Source of the DNA: an uncultured Sphingobacteriales bacterium
Lineage (GTDB): Bacteria; Bacteroidota; Bacteroidia; CAILMK01; CAYYUA01
NCBI GenBank assembly: GCA_964561545.1
Contig: CAZLQF010000014.1
Span: 7,401 to 71,400, forward strand
Direction of reading: 5' to 3'
DNA length: 64,000 bases
Under the pieces are notes generated by a model. The model saw only the letters and a list, made by a program, of their open reading frames with translations, had not been told where the DNA came from and searched no databases. The number at the start of each line of letters is the position of its first letter. Positions within the stretch are counted from its first letter, which is position 1. Positions 1-10,269 of the stretch are shown here, piece by piece. A program made the position numbers and the translations under genes.

Positions 1-230
1 AAAGTTTCAGATGGATACCCTTCTACATTAAGCTCCGATGAAACCACGGATTTTAGCGCCCGAGCATCATTGTATTTAATATGCCGCTCATCAGGCCTTG
101 GATGAATGGTTATGCCCTGCGCTCCATAATGCTCACAATCCTTGGCAACTTGAACAACATCCGGCAAATTCTTGCCTCTTGAATTCCTGATCAAGGCCAC
201 TTTATTGATGTTGACGCTTAAACGAGTCAT
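1..230 (-). CDS. pdxJ: pyridoxine 5'-phosphate synthase PdxJ (N-terminal fragment, runs off window)
   Basis: Minus-strand translation starts [60 protein letters not shown], which matches the conserved PdxJ N-terminus. The ATG is at 228-230. Confidence 0.8.
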   Translation of the reverse strand, partial: MTRLSVNINKVALIRNSRGKNLPDVVQVAKDCEHYGAQGITIHPRPDERHIKYNDARALKSVVSSELNVEGYPSET

Positions 231-365
231 GTAGGTTCACCTTGTTTATATTGGAAACTATGTTAATTTTTTAGTGCTGTGTTGGTATTTAAATATTGAT
301 CGCTTAACATAACCTTTTCAATCAAAACTTCAATCAATAAGGGTTAAATTTTAACATCCAAACAA

Positions 366-400
366 AAAAGGGGAAGCCCCCGAAAGAACTTCCCCTTTTG
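366..400 (-). terminator. rho-independent terminator downstream of ahcY
   Basis: GC hairpin GGGGAAG-cccccgaaagaa-CTTCCCC flanked by A/T runs. It sits in the 190-nt gap between the ahcY stop (423) and the pdxJ start (230), and is followed by a U-run on the minus strand. Confidence 0.6.
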
Positions 401-422
401 TATTGCATAGGTACGCATATTA

Positions 423-1739
423 TTAGTACCTGTAATGTTCGGGCTTGAATGGACCATTGATATCAACACCAATGTAATCCGCTTGATCTTTGCTAAGCTT
501 GTCAATATTTACACCAATTTTTTCAAGGTGTAATTGAGCAACTTTCTCGTCAAGATGCTTGGGAAGTACATGAACTTGGTTGTCGTATTCGTCATTCTTA
601 TTGAAAAGGTCCATCTGTGCAAGTGTTTGGTTGCAGAAGGATGCGGACATGACAAATGAGGGATGGCCCATGGCAACGCCAAGGTTCATCAAACGACCTT
701 GTGCAAGTAGGAGTATTTCTTTGCCATCAATATTATACAGATCTACTTGAGGTTTGATGTTATCACAATTATCGCCATAATTGTTGTTCAACCAGCTAAC
801 ATCGATCTCATCGTCAAAGTGGCCAATGTTACCGAGAATTGTTTTATCTTTCATCTTGCGGAAATGACGCTCAGTAACAACATCTTTGTTTCCTGTTGCT
901 GTAATTACAATATCGGCTTCTTCAATTGCATCGTCCATGGATTTAACTTCAAATCCTTCCATTGCAGCTTGCAAGGCACAAATAGGATCGATTTCAGTAA
1001 CAATTACACGGGCACCTGCACCACGAAGTGATTCGGCAGAACCTTTACCAACGTCACCGAAGCCTGCAACAACAGCTACCTTTCCAGCCATCATGATGTC
1101 CGTACCTCTTCGGATGGCGTCAACACATGATTCACGACAACCGTATTTGTTGTCAAATTTGGACTTGGTAACCGAATCGTTTACGTTAATGGCCGGAACT
1201 GGAAGGGTGCCATTCTTTTGGCGATCAACAAGCCTTAATACACCGGTTGTTGTTTCTTCTGAAGTTCCGTAAAGGTTTTTAGCCAACTCGGGATATTCTT
1301 CAAATACTTTGTGGGTGAGGTCACCGCCATCATCGAGGATCAAGTTCAAAGGTCTGCTTTCATCACCGAAGAAGAGGGTTTGTTCAATGCACCATTCGTA
1401 TTCATCTTCGGTTTCGCCCTTCCAGGCAAATACTGGTGTTCCTTCAGCAGCAACGGAAGCAGCAGCGTGATCTTGCGTTGAATAGATATTGCAGCTTGAC
1501 CAACGAACTTCCGCACCTAATTCACGGAGTGTCTCAATCAATACAGCAGTTTGGACGGTCATGTGAAGGCATCCGGCAATTCGTGCACCTTTAAGTGGCT
1601 TTGATTCACCATATTCTTCACGTAAAGCCATTAGACCGGGCATTTCAGCCTCGGCAAGTTTGATTTCTTTACGTCCCCAATCTGCGAGGTTAATGTCTTT
1701 TACTTTAAAATCAGCATGTTGTGCTTTAGTTTCTGTCAT
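423..1739 (-). CDS. ahcY: adenosylhomocysteinase (S-adenosyl-L-homocysteine hydrolase)
   Basis: 438 aa. NAD-binding motif [47 protein letters not shown] and the full-length AhcY architecture are present. Confidence 0.95.
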   Translation of the reverse strand: MTETKAQHADFKVKDINLADWGRKEIKLAEAEMPGLMALREEYGESKPLKGARIAGCLHMTVQTAVLIETLRELGAEVRWSSCNIYSTQDHAAASVAAEGTPVFAWKGETEDEYEWCIEQTLFFGDESRPLNLILDDGGDLTHKVFEEYPELAKNLYGTSEETTTGVLRLVDRQKNGTLPVPAINVNDSVTKSKFDNKYGCRESCVDAIRRGTDIMMAGKVAVVAGFGDVGKGSAESLRGAGARVIVTEIDPICALQAAMEGFEVKSMDDAIEEADIVITATGNKDVVTERHFRKMKDKTILGNIGHFDDEIDVSWLNNNYGDNCDNIKPQVDLYNIDGKEILLLAQGRLMNLGVAMGHPSFVMSASFCNQTLAQMDLFNKNDEYDNQVHVLPKHLDEKVAQLHLEKIGVNIDKLSKDQADYIGVDINGPFKPEHYRY

Positions 1740-1770
1740 AATAAATTATTTTTGTTCCTTTAATAATCGA

Positions 1771-1806
1771 GTGCAAATATACAAGTATTTTTGCATTATC
1801 CAAGGT
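1771..1806 (-). promoter_or_regulatory. candidate Bacteroidota sigmaA promoter for ahcY (-33 TTG / -7 TAtaTTTG)
   Basis: Minus-strand reading ccTTGg-19nt-TATATTTG, about 35 nt upstream of the ahcY ATG. It fits the Bacteroidetes -33/-7 consensus TTG ... TAnnTTTG. Confidence 0.25.
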
Positions 1807-2047
1807 ATTTAACATGGTTAAGTCATATTAGTTTAAATTAATTGTAAAAAGTTTTTAAAATATTATAAATCAGTTCTTTATAAAAGCTTGCTTTATTCAA
1901 ACTATTCATGACGCTAAACCAGAAGGCAAGCAATAATATGGTATGTGATTATTGCTAATAAAAAATTGAATAAACGATACGACATTTTCAAGTAAATAAC
2001 ATAAAGATTAACCCTGATACTAAATTATTCTGTAGATCTTAGCTACA

Positions 2048-2764
2048 ATGTACCCATTTAACAGCCGTTGGAAATTGGCCCAATATTTTGAATTGAAGTG
2101 GTGGCAAAATTATTTTAGGCGAAAGCATAAAAACCGTTACTACCAATGGAAATCTCAATATTGGCATCAAGTTCTTCAGGCAGGTGGTTTTTCAGGATTG
2201 GATGAAAAAGAACTTAAAATCCTGGATGCCGGTTCCGGCCCTGCTGGTATTTTTACCATTTTAGATACCCATCAAGTGGATGCTATGGATCCATTGATGA
2301 ATGCTTATGAAACCAAACTTCCATTATTTGATAAGCAGGATTATCCCTGGGTTCAATTTTACCAGGCTGCTCTGGAGGATTTTAAAGTATTTCAACAATC
2401 TTATGATGTCATATTTTGCATGAATGCTATCAATCATGTGGCAGATATTGAAGTTGCCACCCAACATTTAGCAGATCTGTTAAAAGACCAGGGTATTTTA
2501 TGGATCACAGTGGATGCCCATAATTTTCATTTTTTTAAGCATCTTTTTCGTTTAATTCCGGGAGATATTCTACATCCCCATCAATATGAGCTTTCGGAAT
2601 ACAAGACCTTGGTTCATAACAAAGTTGGCCAGATTAGCAAGTTTATTTCCCTCAAACATGAATTTTTCTTCAACCATTATTTAATGATAGCTCAAAAAAC
2701 ATCATTTCAAAAATTTGATGAAACTGCCGAATCATTCAAGAATTCTCTGAATTCCAATCAATGA
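2048..2764 (+). CDS. class I SAM-dependent methyltransferase (hypothetical)
   Basis: Motif I ILDAGSGPAGIF (GxGxG) and post-I DVIFCMNAINHV are present. The N-terminus is Trp/Tyr-rich. Confidence 0.55.
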   Translation: MYPFNSRWKLAQYFELKWWQNYFRRKHKNRYYQWKSQYWHQVLQAGGFSGLDEKELKILDAGSGPAGIFTILDTHQVDAMDPLMNAYETKLPLFDKQDYPWVQFYQAALEDFKVFQQSYDVIFCMNAINHVADIEVATQHLADLLKDQGILWITVDAHNFHFFKHLFRLIPGDILHPHQYELSEYKTLVHNKVGQISKFISLKHEFFFNHYLMIAQKTSFQKFDETAESFKNSLNSNQ

Positions 2765-2807
2765 TGGATTGCTTTAAAAGCGGATTTTGAATGAGGTCGT
2801 AACTACC

Positions 2808-3764
2808 TTAAAAATAAATAGGATGGAATATTAGTTGGTCTTTGGAATTGTATTCAAGCGCTGGCGTGGGGAACTTTAAATAATTAGCCACGTCAAGCAA
2901 CAAGTTCAAAAATTGAGAATTTGTCTCGATTTCAGACCAATCCAGATCCGGAGCAATTAAATATTGTCGGTAACGTTCGATGGTTTTGTTGTCGGTAACT
3001 TCATAAGTTGCTCGCTCTGCTCCTAACATTTGTGCACCACTGTAGCCCGCAGCGATGTTTAACCAAGGTGGCATATTGGATTCCGGCATAAAGTCATCCA
3101 TGTTTAAAGAAAGCCAAAGCGTTTGCGCGTTGTAATCTTTGATCAACTGCTCTGGTAGTGAGCTTCCAAAGAGGTCCCTTGCTCGTGGTTTTACGCTTTC
3201 CTGATAGGTGTTTGGAAACCAGGAAAATTTGGGCTGGATTCGTTGCTCATTCCATAATATCTCCTGACCAATTAAAAGGGCAGATCCTGCTGTGTTAGCG
3301 GCAAAGTCGGTTGTCGAGGCGCCCCATTTTGCTGAAAATCCATCCAATATCTCTACGGTTGCTAGGAAAAATGAGCCGTAAAGCCCACCATACCAAATAG
3401 CTTTATCATCCTTGACCCCGGCCCATCGAAGTGTATTTAGGCCCAAATGTCCAAAAAGGTAAGCGGAGTAGAGATGGCCGGCTTTATCAACTTGCAGCCA
3501 ACCACTTTGGTCGTTGAAGAAATGAAAGGAAGTTCTTTCATAATTCTGGTACCACAAGCTGTTGAGGCCGATCATTACCCCCGAATAAAATCCAAAGCCG
3601 GTTCCAGCAACGGTTAAAGTTCGTGATTGATGGTACCCTGGAGATTGGGTTAGAAAACCAAGGGTATCATCTTCATACATATTGAGGGGCTGACTTGATA
3701 AAGCATTATTCGATAATCCAAAAAATAGGCCAATCAATAAAATTCGGGCGAACAACCCCAACAT
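2808..3764 (-). CDS. hypothetical secreted protein (DUF2279-like periplasmic protein)
   Basis: N-terminal signal peptide MLGLFARILLIGLFFGLSNNALS. Conserved-looking DKAGHLYSAYLFG segment. No catalytic motif recognised. Confidence 0.4.
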   Translation of the reverse strand: MLGLFARILLIGLFFGLSNNALSSQPLNMYEDDTLGFLTQSPGYHQSRTLTVAGTGFGFYSGVMIGLNSLWYQNYERTSFHFFNDQSGWLQVDKAGHLYSAYLFGHLGLNTLRWAGVKDDKAIWYGGLYGSFFLATVEILDGFSAKWGASTTDFAANTAGSALLIGQEILWNEQRIQPKFSWFPNTYQESVKPRARDLFGSSLPEQLIKDYNAQTLWLSLNMDDFMPESNMPPWLNIAAGYSGAQMLGAERATYEVTDNKTIERYRQYLIAPDLDWSEIETNSQFLNLLLDVANYLKFPTPALEYNSKDQLIFHPIYF

Positions 3765-3816
3765 AAGATTTGAATTTACACCATCTCTTCCAACATTTGC
3801 ATTGGATGAAATTTAA

Positions 3817-4347
3817 TTACCCGATTAAAGCGTTAATTAAACTGTTAATAATGACATAAACGATGAAACCAAGCAAGACCACAAAAATAGCTCGCCAAGT
3901 ATGCTGGTAATCAAGGGCTTGTCTTACTGCTATCACCATTGCAATCAGCATCCAAATATTAGCAATTACCATTACAACGCCTTGTATTGCTGTAATGATG
4001 CCAAGAACTTTAATTACGCCGGGGGCACTTGCAAAGCCTAAAGTCCTTAGCATTTCTTTAAAGTCTGATTCAGTGTTTTCGCCAGGTAGTACTTTGGTGC
4101 CTATAATGTACGTTAAGTAAGCCCAAACAACCCAACTGATCAAAGCTGCAACGATGCCCAGGATTAAGCCACCAAATTCCTTCTCTGGTAAAAATGCAAT
4201 GCCTGAGGCTAAACTAGCCAATACAACCACCCAAACAGCCTGTTTAAGCGATGATTCATCGGCTTCTACTTCTTCATACAAATCACTTTCGAGCTTTGCA
4301 GCCCTTACCATTCTATTAAATAACTGTTTCATAGGTCTTTTTGCCAA
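3817..4347 (-). CDS. Yip1-domain family membrane protein
   Basis: Four to five predicted TM helices follow a cytoplasmic acidic N-terminus. The layout is typical of small Bacteroidota Yip1 proteins. Confidence 0.5.
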   Translation of the reverse strand: MAKRPMKQLFNRMVRAAKLESDLYEEVEADESSLKQAVWVVVLASLASGIAFLPEKEFGGLILGIVAALISWVVWAYLTYIIGTKVLPGENTESDFKEMLRTLGFASAPGVIKVLGIITAIQGVVMVIANIWMLIAMVIAVRQALDYQHTWRAIFVVLLGFIVYVIINSLINALIG

Positions 4348-4405
4348 AAATTTAAAAATCCGAAAAATTGCTTTAGCGAACGTTTAAAGGTTTCAATTTA
4401 TTGAT

Positions 4406-4831
4406 TTATCTAACTTTGTTAAAACGATTGATGATTTTCAAGTTGCCGGCTTTAATAGAATAAAAATAAATCCCAGGTTTTAAGTTGCCGGCATTGTAGT
4501 CAACTTTGTGCTCACCTTGGTCGAGGTTATCTTTCAGCACATTTTTGACTTTGTTGCCCAACAAATCGTAGACATTTACTTCTACTTTCATGCTTTTCTT
4601 AATGGTAAAAACAAATTTAGTTTTTTCTTGTACGGGATTTGGAAAATTGCCTTTGACTTTTAACTTATCTTCGCTATTTTGATTCTTGCTTTTTGTTAAA
4701 GCAATCTCATCCGATTGAGTCTTGCGCTCAGAGAATTGTTTTTGACCAATAGCAGAAGGTGTAAAGTTTAAAAGTAATGCTGCTAAAAGTAGTGTAAATA
4801 ATTGTTTCATAATACCTGTTTTTATTCCCAT
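4406..4831 (-). CDS. small secreted protein with T9SS C-terminal sorting domain (CTD)
   Basis: Signal peptide plus C-terminal ...NVYDLLGNKVKNVL...GEHKVDYNAGNLKPGIYFYSIKAGNLKIINRFNKV, the classic Por-secretion type A CTD. Confidence 0.7.
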   Translation of the reverse strand: MGIKTGIMKQLFTLLLAALLLNFTPSAIGQKQFSERKTQSDEIALTKSKNQNSEDKLKVKGNFPNPVQEKTKFVFTIKKSMKVEVNVYDLLGNKVKNVLKDNLDQGEHKVDYNAGNLKPGIYFYSIKAGNLKIINRFNKVR

Positions 4832-4895
4832 AAGTATAATTCAAAGATGTTAATTTTTTATTATCCCAGAAAATTAATGGGTTTAATTTTAAGGG

Positions 4896-5504
4896 TTAAT
4901 GCATTCTATCTCCTCGGATTTCAAGATTGTTGATAATATCTGCTTCAATTTTTAGAAACTCCTGCCATCTTTTATTTACGGTCTCTTCAGGTACATAAGC
5001 TTTGGCTAAATCTAAAAACATTCTGTAGTGACCGGCTTCTGATACCATTAAATCATAATAAAATTGTTGTAGTTCCTGGTCTTTTATATTCTGATGTAGT
5101 AGCTTAAATCGTTCGCAACTTCTGGCCTCTATTAAAGCACTTGTTAAAAGTTTATCCAAAAATTGTTCTTCGTCTTTATTGCCTTTTCTTATATGTTTCA
5201 ATAATTTATTAACATATTCATCCTTGCGCTGGCGCCCTAATTTTAAATTACGCTTTTCAATTTGATTCAAAACCATTCTAAAGTGGCCCCATTCTTCTGT
5301 TACCACAGGTGCTAATTGATAGACTAACAGCGTTTTATAAGGGTATTGAACTATCAAAGAAATACAAGTTGTCGCAGCTTTTTGTTCGCAATAGGCATGA
5401 TCGGTAAGTATTTCCTGGATACTGATTCCTGCTAAATTTGCCCATCTTGGATCGGTTGGGAGTTGTAAGCCTAAAACACTTTTGGTGTAAGTTTCATTTT
5501 CCAT
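4896..5504 (-). CDS. miaE: tRNA-(ms2io6A37)-hydroxylase MiaE-like ferritin-fold di-iron protein
   Basis: Two ExxH di-iron motifs (TEEWGHF and SEAGHYRMF) in an all-helical ~200-aa protein. The N-terminal LQLPTDPRW is typical of Bacteroidota MiaE. Confidence 0.55.
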   Translation of the reverse strand: MENETYTKSVLGLQLPTDPRWANLAGISIQEILTDHAYCEQKAATTCISLIVQYPYKTLLVYQLAPVVTEEWGHFRMVLNQIEKRNLKLGRQRKDEYVNKLLKHIRKGNKDEEQFLDKLLTSALIEARSCERFKLLHQNIKDQELQQFYYDLMVSEAGHYRMFLDLAKAYVPEETVNKRWQEFLKIEADIINNLEIRGDRMH

Positions 5505-5525
5505 ATTCCAATTTTTTTATATTCA

Positions 5526-5987
5526 TCACAAAATACGTTCCGAAATAAATTTAGTCACTTCTTCAAGGTATCGTTGATCGGTTTCATCAAAAACATCTTT
5601 TTCCAAATGATCGATATCAAGTACAAATTCAACGCGATTGCTCTTAGTGCCAGGAACAACAATTTCAGCGCTGGTTTCTTCGTGGCAGGCAATGTAGTTG
5701 GTTAGCAGGCTTACATCATTCACGTATTGGGTTAAGCCCGAATTGGCCACGGTACCACATAAGCCACTGCCATATTGGATTTTCATGCATGCTGTCATTC
5801 CCTGAAAAGGCCCAAGAACCATTTTATCAGGTTTGCAATAATAAATTCCAATCCAGAAAAAATCCATTTGATACTTCATAGCAGCCAGCACATTACAGAG
5901 CATGGTGCTTTTGTCAATCTCCTTTTCAAGCAATGGTTCTAATTGTTTGAGTAGTTCTTGGTATTGGGCTTCCTTGCTTTGGTTCAT
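5526..5987 (-). CDS. GAF-domain protein, free methionine-(R)-sulfoxide reductase family (MsrC/YebR-like)
   Basis: 153 aa. FFWIGIYY...GPFQG...GSGLCGTVANSG...ACHEETSAEIVVP matches the fRMsr GAF domain with its conserved Cys residues. Confidence 0.6.
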   Translation of the reverse strand: MNQSKEAQYQELLKQLEPLLEKEIDKSTMLCNVLAAMKYQMDFFWIGIYYCKPDKMVLGPFQGMTACMKIQYGSGLCGTVANSGLTQYVNDVSLLTNYIACHEETSAEIVVPGTKSNRVEFVLDIDHLEKDVFDETDQRYLEEVTKFISERIL

Positions 5988-6360
5988 TAGTTTTGCTCTT
6001 TTATCTTAATCAAATGGTTTAAAAAGCGATACCGTTCGTAACTGAATTTTTGAATGGTTGAGTTTTTGAGCGGTTGAATGGTTTGGAAAAAGGGTTCTTA
6101 GATTTTTGTGTCAGATTTCTGATTAGAAGGGGTTCCAAAAGCGATTAAAGCTTAAAATTCAAGAAATCAAGCCATTTAAAAAAGCAATCAACATCTGAAA
6201 TGCATTTTCATCATATCTCCACGTCATTTCATTTTGATCAAGGTAGTAATTTGACAGACCCATGAACAAACCAACCGAGCAACACAATCTATAATGGAAA
6301 CCCTCATTTTTTGCTATTTTCGTGCACCAAATCTATTGAAACAAGGTAAAATCACGATCC

Positions 6361-9132
6361 ATGGCTGAATTCAACTTTCAGAAGATCGACCAAAAGTGGC
6401 AAAACCATTGGGAAAAAAATGGTACTTTCAAGGCAGATGAAAACAGCGGCAAGCCTAAGTACTATGTCCTTGATATGTTTCCTTATCCATCCGGAGAGGG
6501 GCTTCATGTGGGGCATCCGCTTGGCTACATCGCTTCAGATATATTTGCCCGTTATCAGCGCAACCGCGGCTATGAGGTATTACATCCCATGGGTTTTGAT
6601 GCGTTTGGGTTGCCTGCTGAACAATATGCCATTGAAACAGGGCAACATCCGGCCGTTACAACCGAACAAAACATCAAGCGCTATCGCGATCAGCTTAAAA
6701 TGCTTGGCCTGTCCTTTGATTGGTCCCGGGAGGTAAAAACTTGTGATCCCAACTACTACCAATGGACCCAATGGATTTTTCTGAAGTTTTACAATGCCTG
6801 GTATAATAAAAGTCTTGACAAGGCAGAACCCATAGCCAAGCTGGTAGAGATTTTCAACCAAGAAGGCAATGTTAATGTCAATGCTTTTTGCAATGAGGTG
6901 CCAACTTTTACGGCTGAAACATGGCGATTAAAAAATCATGACGAAAAGGAACAGATCCTTCTAAATTACAGGCTGGCCTACATCGCTGATTCTGAGGTTA
7001 ATTGGTGCCCAGCATTGGGTACGGTTCTGGCCAACGATGAGGTTCAAAACGGTTTTTCTTTGCGTGGGAATCATCCCGTGGAGCGAAGAAAGATGCGGCA
7101 GTGGTTTTTAAGGATCACCGCTTATGCCGATCGTTTATTGGCAGACCTGGATGAAATTGATTGGCCGGATTCCATTAAGGAAGTTCAAAGGAATTGGATT
7201 GGGCGCTCTGAAGGTGCTGAGATCCTATTTCCGCTTCAAGGCCAAATGGACAAGGGATTGATGGTCTTTACCACAAGGCCTGATACCATATTTGGCGTTA
7301 CTTACATGGTGCTTGCACCTGAGCATGAAATGGCTGAAGCATTGGCCACAGAGGAATACAAAGATGAAGTTAAGGATTACATCCAATCGGCCATGCGAAA
7401 ATCCGAACTGGAGCGCAAAGCGGAATCCAAAGAAATGAGCGGTGTTTTTACAGGCAGCTATGTGCTACACCCATTTACCGGTAAACTCATTCCGGTTTGG
7501 GTAGCCGATTATGTGTTGGTTGATTATGGAACCGGAGCCATTATGGCCGTTCCCGGGCACGATGAGCGCGACCACAAATTTGCTCAAACCTATGATCTGT
7601 CCATTGTCAAGGTGATCGAGGGCGATGATGAAAGTAGTGATTTGGGTAAAAAAGAAGGGAAATTGATCAATTCGGATTTCATTAATGGCCTGGAAGTACC
7701 CGATGCCATTGAAAAGATCATTCAAACCGTGGAGGCAGAAAACATAGGTGTTCGCAAGATCAATTATAAACTCCGCGATGCCACTTTTAGCCGTCAACGG
7801 TATTGGGGCGAGCCTTTTCCAGTTGTTTATAACAATGGCGTACCGCTTGACTTGGATAAAAAAGAATTGCCAGTTGTTTTGCCCGAAGTCGAATCGTTCA
7901 AGCCGGCAGAAAGCGGAGAATCTCCATTAGCACGGGAAACCGATTGGATCAACCTGCCGGATGGAACTAAACGCGAAACCCATACCATGCCTGGTTATGC
8001 TGGCTCCTCTTGGTACTTTCTACGCTACATGGATCCTATGAATAACAAGGAATTGGTATCTGAAGAAAGAGAAGCTTTTTGGCAAAATGTGGATTTCTAT
8101 GTGGGCGGATCGGAGCATGCTACCGGGCACTTGATGTATGCCCGTTTTTGGCAAAAATTTCTTTATGACCTTGGTTGCGTTTCGCAAAAAGAGCCTTTTA
8201 AAAAGATGGTCAACCAAGGCATGATAGAGGGCTACTCTGCTTTCGTTTATCGCGTAAAAGGGGAGCATAAGTTTGTTTCCTACAACTTGCGCAAAAATTA
8301 TGACACCATTCCAATGCATGTGGACGTGCATTTAATCCGTGATAATGTTTTGGATGTAGAGGCTTTTCGCCAATGGCGGAAAGAATACAAGGATGCCGAA
8401 TTTTTGACAGAGGATGGCCAATATATTGTGGGCCGCGAGATTGAGAAAATGTCCAAATCCAAGTACAACGTTATCAATCCCGATGATGTGATCGATGAAT
8501 ACGGATGTGATACTTTTAGGATGTATGAGATGTTCCTGGGGCCGGTTGAACAATCAAAACCTTGGCAAACCGAAGGCATTGAAGGGGTTTACAAATTCCT
8601 AAAAAAATTCTGGCGCTTGTTCATCAATTATGATCAACAATTACATATTACTGATGAAGCGCCCAATGAAGATGAATTAAAAGTGCTTCACAAAGCCATC
8701 AAAAACATTAAAACGGATGTTGAACGGTTTTCTTTAAACACATGCGTCAGTCATTTTATGATCGCGGCCAATGAACTCACCAAATTAAATTGCCATAAAA
8801 AAGCTGTCTTAGAGCCCTTACTCATTTTGCTATCCCCGTTTGCGCCCCATATGACAGAAGAAATTTGGGAACAATTGGGCTATGAGCCTTCCATCAGCAA
8901 TGCGCCATGCCCTGAATACAACGAGGATTATCTGAAAGAAGAGGTCCATCAATATCCCATTTCGATCAATGGTAAAGTAAGGGCTAAGCAAGAATTTCCC
9001 GTTGACAAGTCCCAAGCGGAAATAGAGCAGGAAGTGTTTGAAATACCAGCTGTTAAGAAATGGACTGAGGGCAAAGCCGTTAAAAAGATAATTTATAAGC
9101 CAGGGAAGATCATTAACATTGTAGTGAATTGA
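6361..9132 (+). CDS. leuS: leucine--tRNA ligase
   Basis: 923 aa. HIGH motif (HVGHPLGY), KMSKS motif (KMSKSKYN) and the editing domain are present. Confidence 0.97.
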   Translation: MAEFNFQKIDQKWQNHWEKNGTFKADENSGKPKYYVLDMFPYPSGEGLHVGHPLGYIASDIFARYQRNRGYEVLHPMGFDAFGLPAEQYAIETGQHPAVTTEQNIKRYRDQLKMLGLSFDWSREVKTCDPNYYQWTQWIFLKFYNAWYNKSLDKAEPIAKLVEIFNQEGNVNVNAFCNEVPTFTAETWRLKNHDEKEQILLNYRLAYIADSEVNWCPALGTVLANDEVQNGFSLRGNHPVERRKMRQWFLRITAYADRLLADLDEIDWPDSIKEVQRNWIGRSEGAEILFPLQGQMDKGLMVFTTRPDTIFGVTYMVLAPEHEMAEALATEEYKDEVKDYIQSAMRKSELERKAESKEMSGVFTGSYVLHPFTGKLIPVWVADYVLVDYGTGAIMAVPGHDERDHKFAQTYDLSIVKVIEGDDESSDLGKKEGKLINSDFINGLEVPDAIEKIIQTVEAENIGVRKINYKLRDATFSRQRYWGEPFPVVYNNGVPLDLDKKELPVVLPEVESFKPAESGESPLARETDWINLPDGTKRETHTMPGYAGSSWYFLRYMDPMNNKELVSEEREAFWQNVDFYVGGSEHATGHLMYARFWQKFLYDLGCVSQKEPFKKMVNQGMIEGYSAFVYRVKGEHKFVSYNLRKNYDTIPMHVDVHLIRDNVLDVEAFRQWRKEYKDAEFLTEDGQYIVGREIEKMSKSKYNVINPDDVIDEYGCDTFRMYEMFLGPVEQSKPWQTEGIEGVYKFLKKFWRLFINYDQQLHITDEAPNEDELKVLHKAIKNIKTDVERFSLNTCVSHFMIAANELTKLNCHKKAVLEPLLILLSPFAPHMTEEIWEQLGYEPSISNAPCPEYNEDYLKEEVHQYPISINGKVRAKQEFPVDKSQAEIEQEVFEIPAVKKWTEGKAVKKIIYKPGKIINIVVN

Positions 9133-9558
9133 TAACTGGCGTTCACGCAGGCTCTTTCAATAAAACGTTATGATAACATTAAAGGTGTTATTAAAGCAAG
9201 CAACATTGCTAAAAAGTTGAGGACTTTGCGGTTACTTATTTACAGCGAACTGCCGATTCCCTTAATACCCTTTTTTTGGTTTTAGTAAAATGCCTAAGGA
9301 TGTATTTTTCTTAAGGTTATAAGCACAGGTTTTCGGAAAACTTGCCTGAAAGTAAACCATAGCTACAAACCTCAAATTATCGTAGTTAAAGAACCGTTGA
9401 AAGTTCAAACGTTTGAGGTGTAATGGTCCGAGTTGGATTCAAATTATTTCATTTATGTCAACCTCGTTGATACAAAAGTTTAAAGCCAACAGGTAGAAGT
9501 TTAAGATTGATATGTGAAAACACTAACGCGCACAAATATTAGAACAGCGGCTCTCGAT

Positions 9559-10269
9559 TTATGCATTGCCGATCAAGAAAATGGCTTTTCTTTTATTAAA
9601 ATTTTTGTTCAATTGTTTCCAGGTGCCCACATCCAAGGTAAGAATTTCCTCTTGAGGGCTCGAAATATCGCAAGCTACACAAAGCATTGTTTGTGGGTGA
9701 CAGGATTTCAGGATACTTTCAACCATGGCCTGGTTGCGGTAGGGTGTTTCCATAAAAATCTGGGCATATCCGGTTTGCAGGGCTTGCTTTTCAATGGTTT
9801 TAAGCTGCTGTTCCCTTTGGTTTTTTTTGATGGGCAAATAACCATGAAACGTAAAGGATTGTCCATTAAGCCCTGAGGCCATTAAAGCCATGAAAATAGA
9901 GGATGGACCGGATAAGGGTTTTACTGAAATGCCATTTTTATGCGCTTCTTGAATAAGATGGCTACCCGGATCAGCTATTGCCGGGGTTCCTGCTTCAGAA
10001 ATGAGGCCCATGTCGTTTCCCTTGAACAGTGGCATCAGTGCTTTTAATTGTTCCTCGGCATCCGTCTTCTTGTCTACTTTGTGGAATTCCAGATGGTCAA
10101 AAGGGCTGGGAACGCCGCAGGTTTTAAGGAAGCGCCGTGCGTTTTTGGGGTTTTCAACGATAAAATATTCCAATGCTTTGATCAGGGATAAATTGTAAGC
10201 CGGCAAAACATTTTCTGGCGCTGTATCTGCAATGAGATTAGGTAGTAAGTATAAATTGCCTGGTACCAT
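9559..10269 (-). CDS. rsmI: 16S rRNA (cytidine1402-2'-O)-methyltransferase RsmI (tetrapyrrole-methylase fold)
   Basis: LYLLPNLIAD...SEAGTPAIADPGSHLIQEAHKNGISVKPLSGPSSIFMALMASGL is a TP-methylase/RsmI signature. Confidence 0.85.
   Translation of the reverse strand: MVPGNLYLLPNLIADTAPENVLPAYNLSLIKALEYFIVENPKNARRFLKTCGVPSPFDHLEFHKVDKKTDAEEQLKALMPLFKGNDMGLISEAGTPAIADPGSHLIQEAHKNGISVKPLSGPSSIFMALMASGLNGQSFTFHGYLPIKKNQREQQLKTIEKQALQTGYAQIFMETPYRNQAMVESILKSCHPQTMLCVACDISSPQEEILTLDVGTWKQLNKNFNKRKAIFLIGNA

Noticed and set aside
1740-2047. Possible SAH riboswitch in the ahcY 5' leader
   Set aside because: No recognisable SAH-riboswitch pseudoknot or conserved core could be identified by eye. The region is AT-rich and looks like an ordinary divergent promoter region.
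6419-8579. Multiple 60-110-aa ORFs on both strands inside leuS
   Set aside because: All are embedded in the well-supported 923-aa leuS frame and show no independent start context or motifs.
9133-9558. RNase P RNA / tmRNA / SRP RNA in the long intergenic regions (also 35572..36122 and 38637..39199)
   Set aside because: The hallmark motifs were not found in these gaps. These are GGAAAGTCCGGGC for RNase P, a tRNA-like 3' end with resume-codon ORF for tmRNA, and the SRP domain IV consensus.
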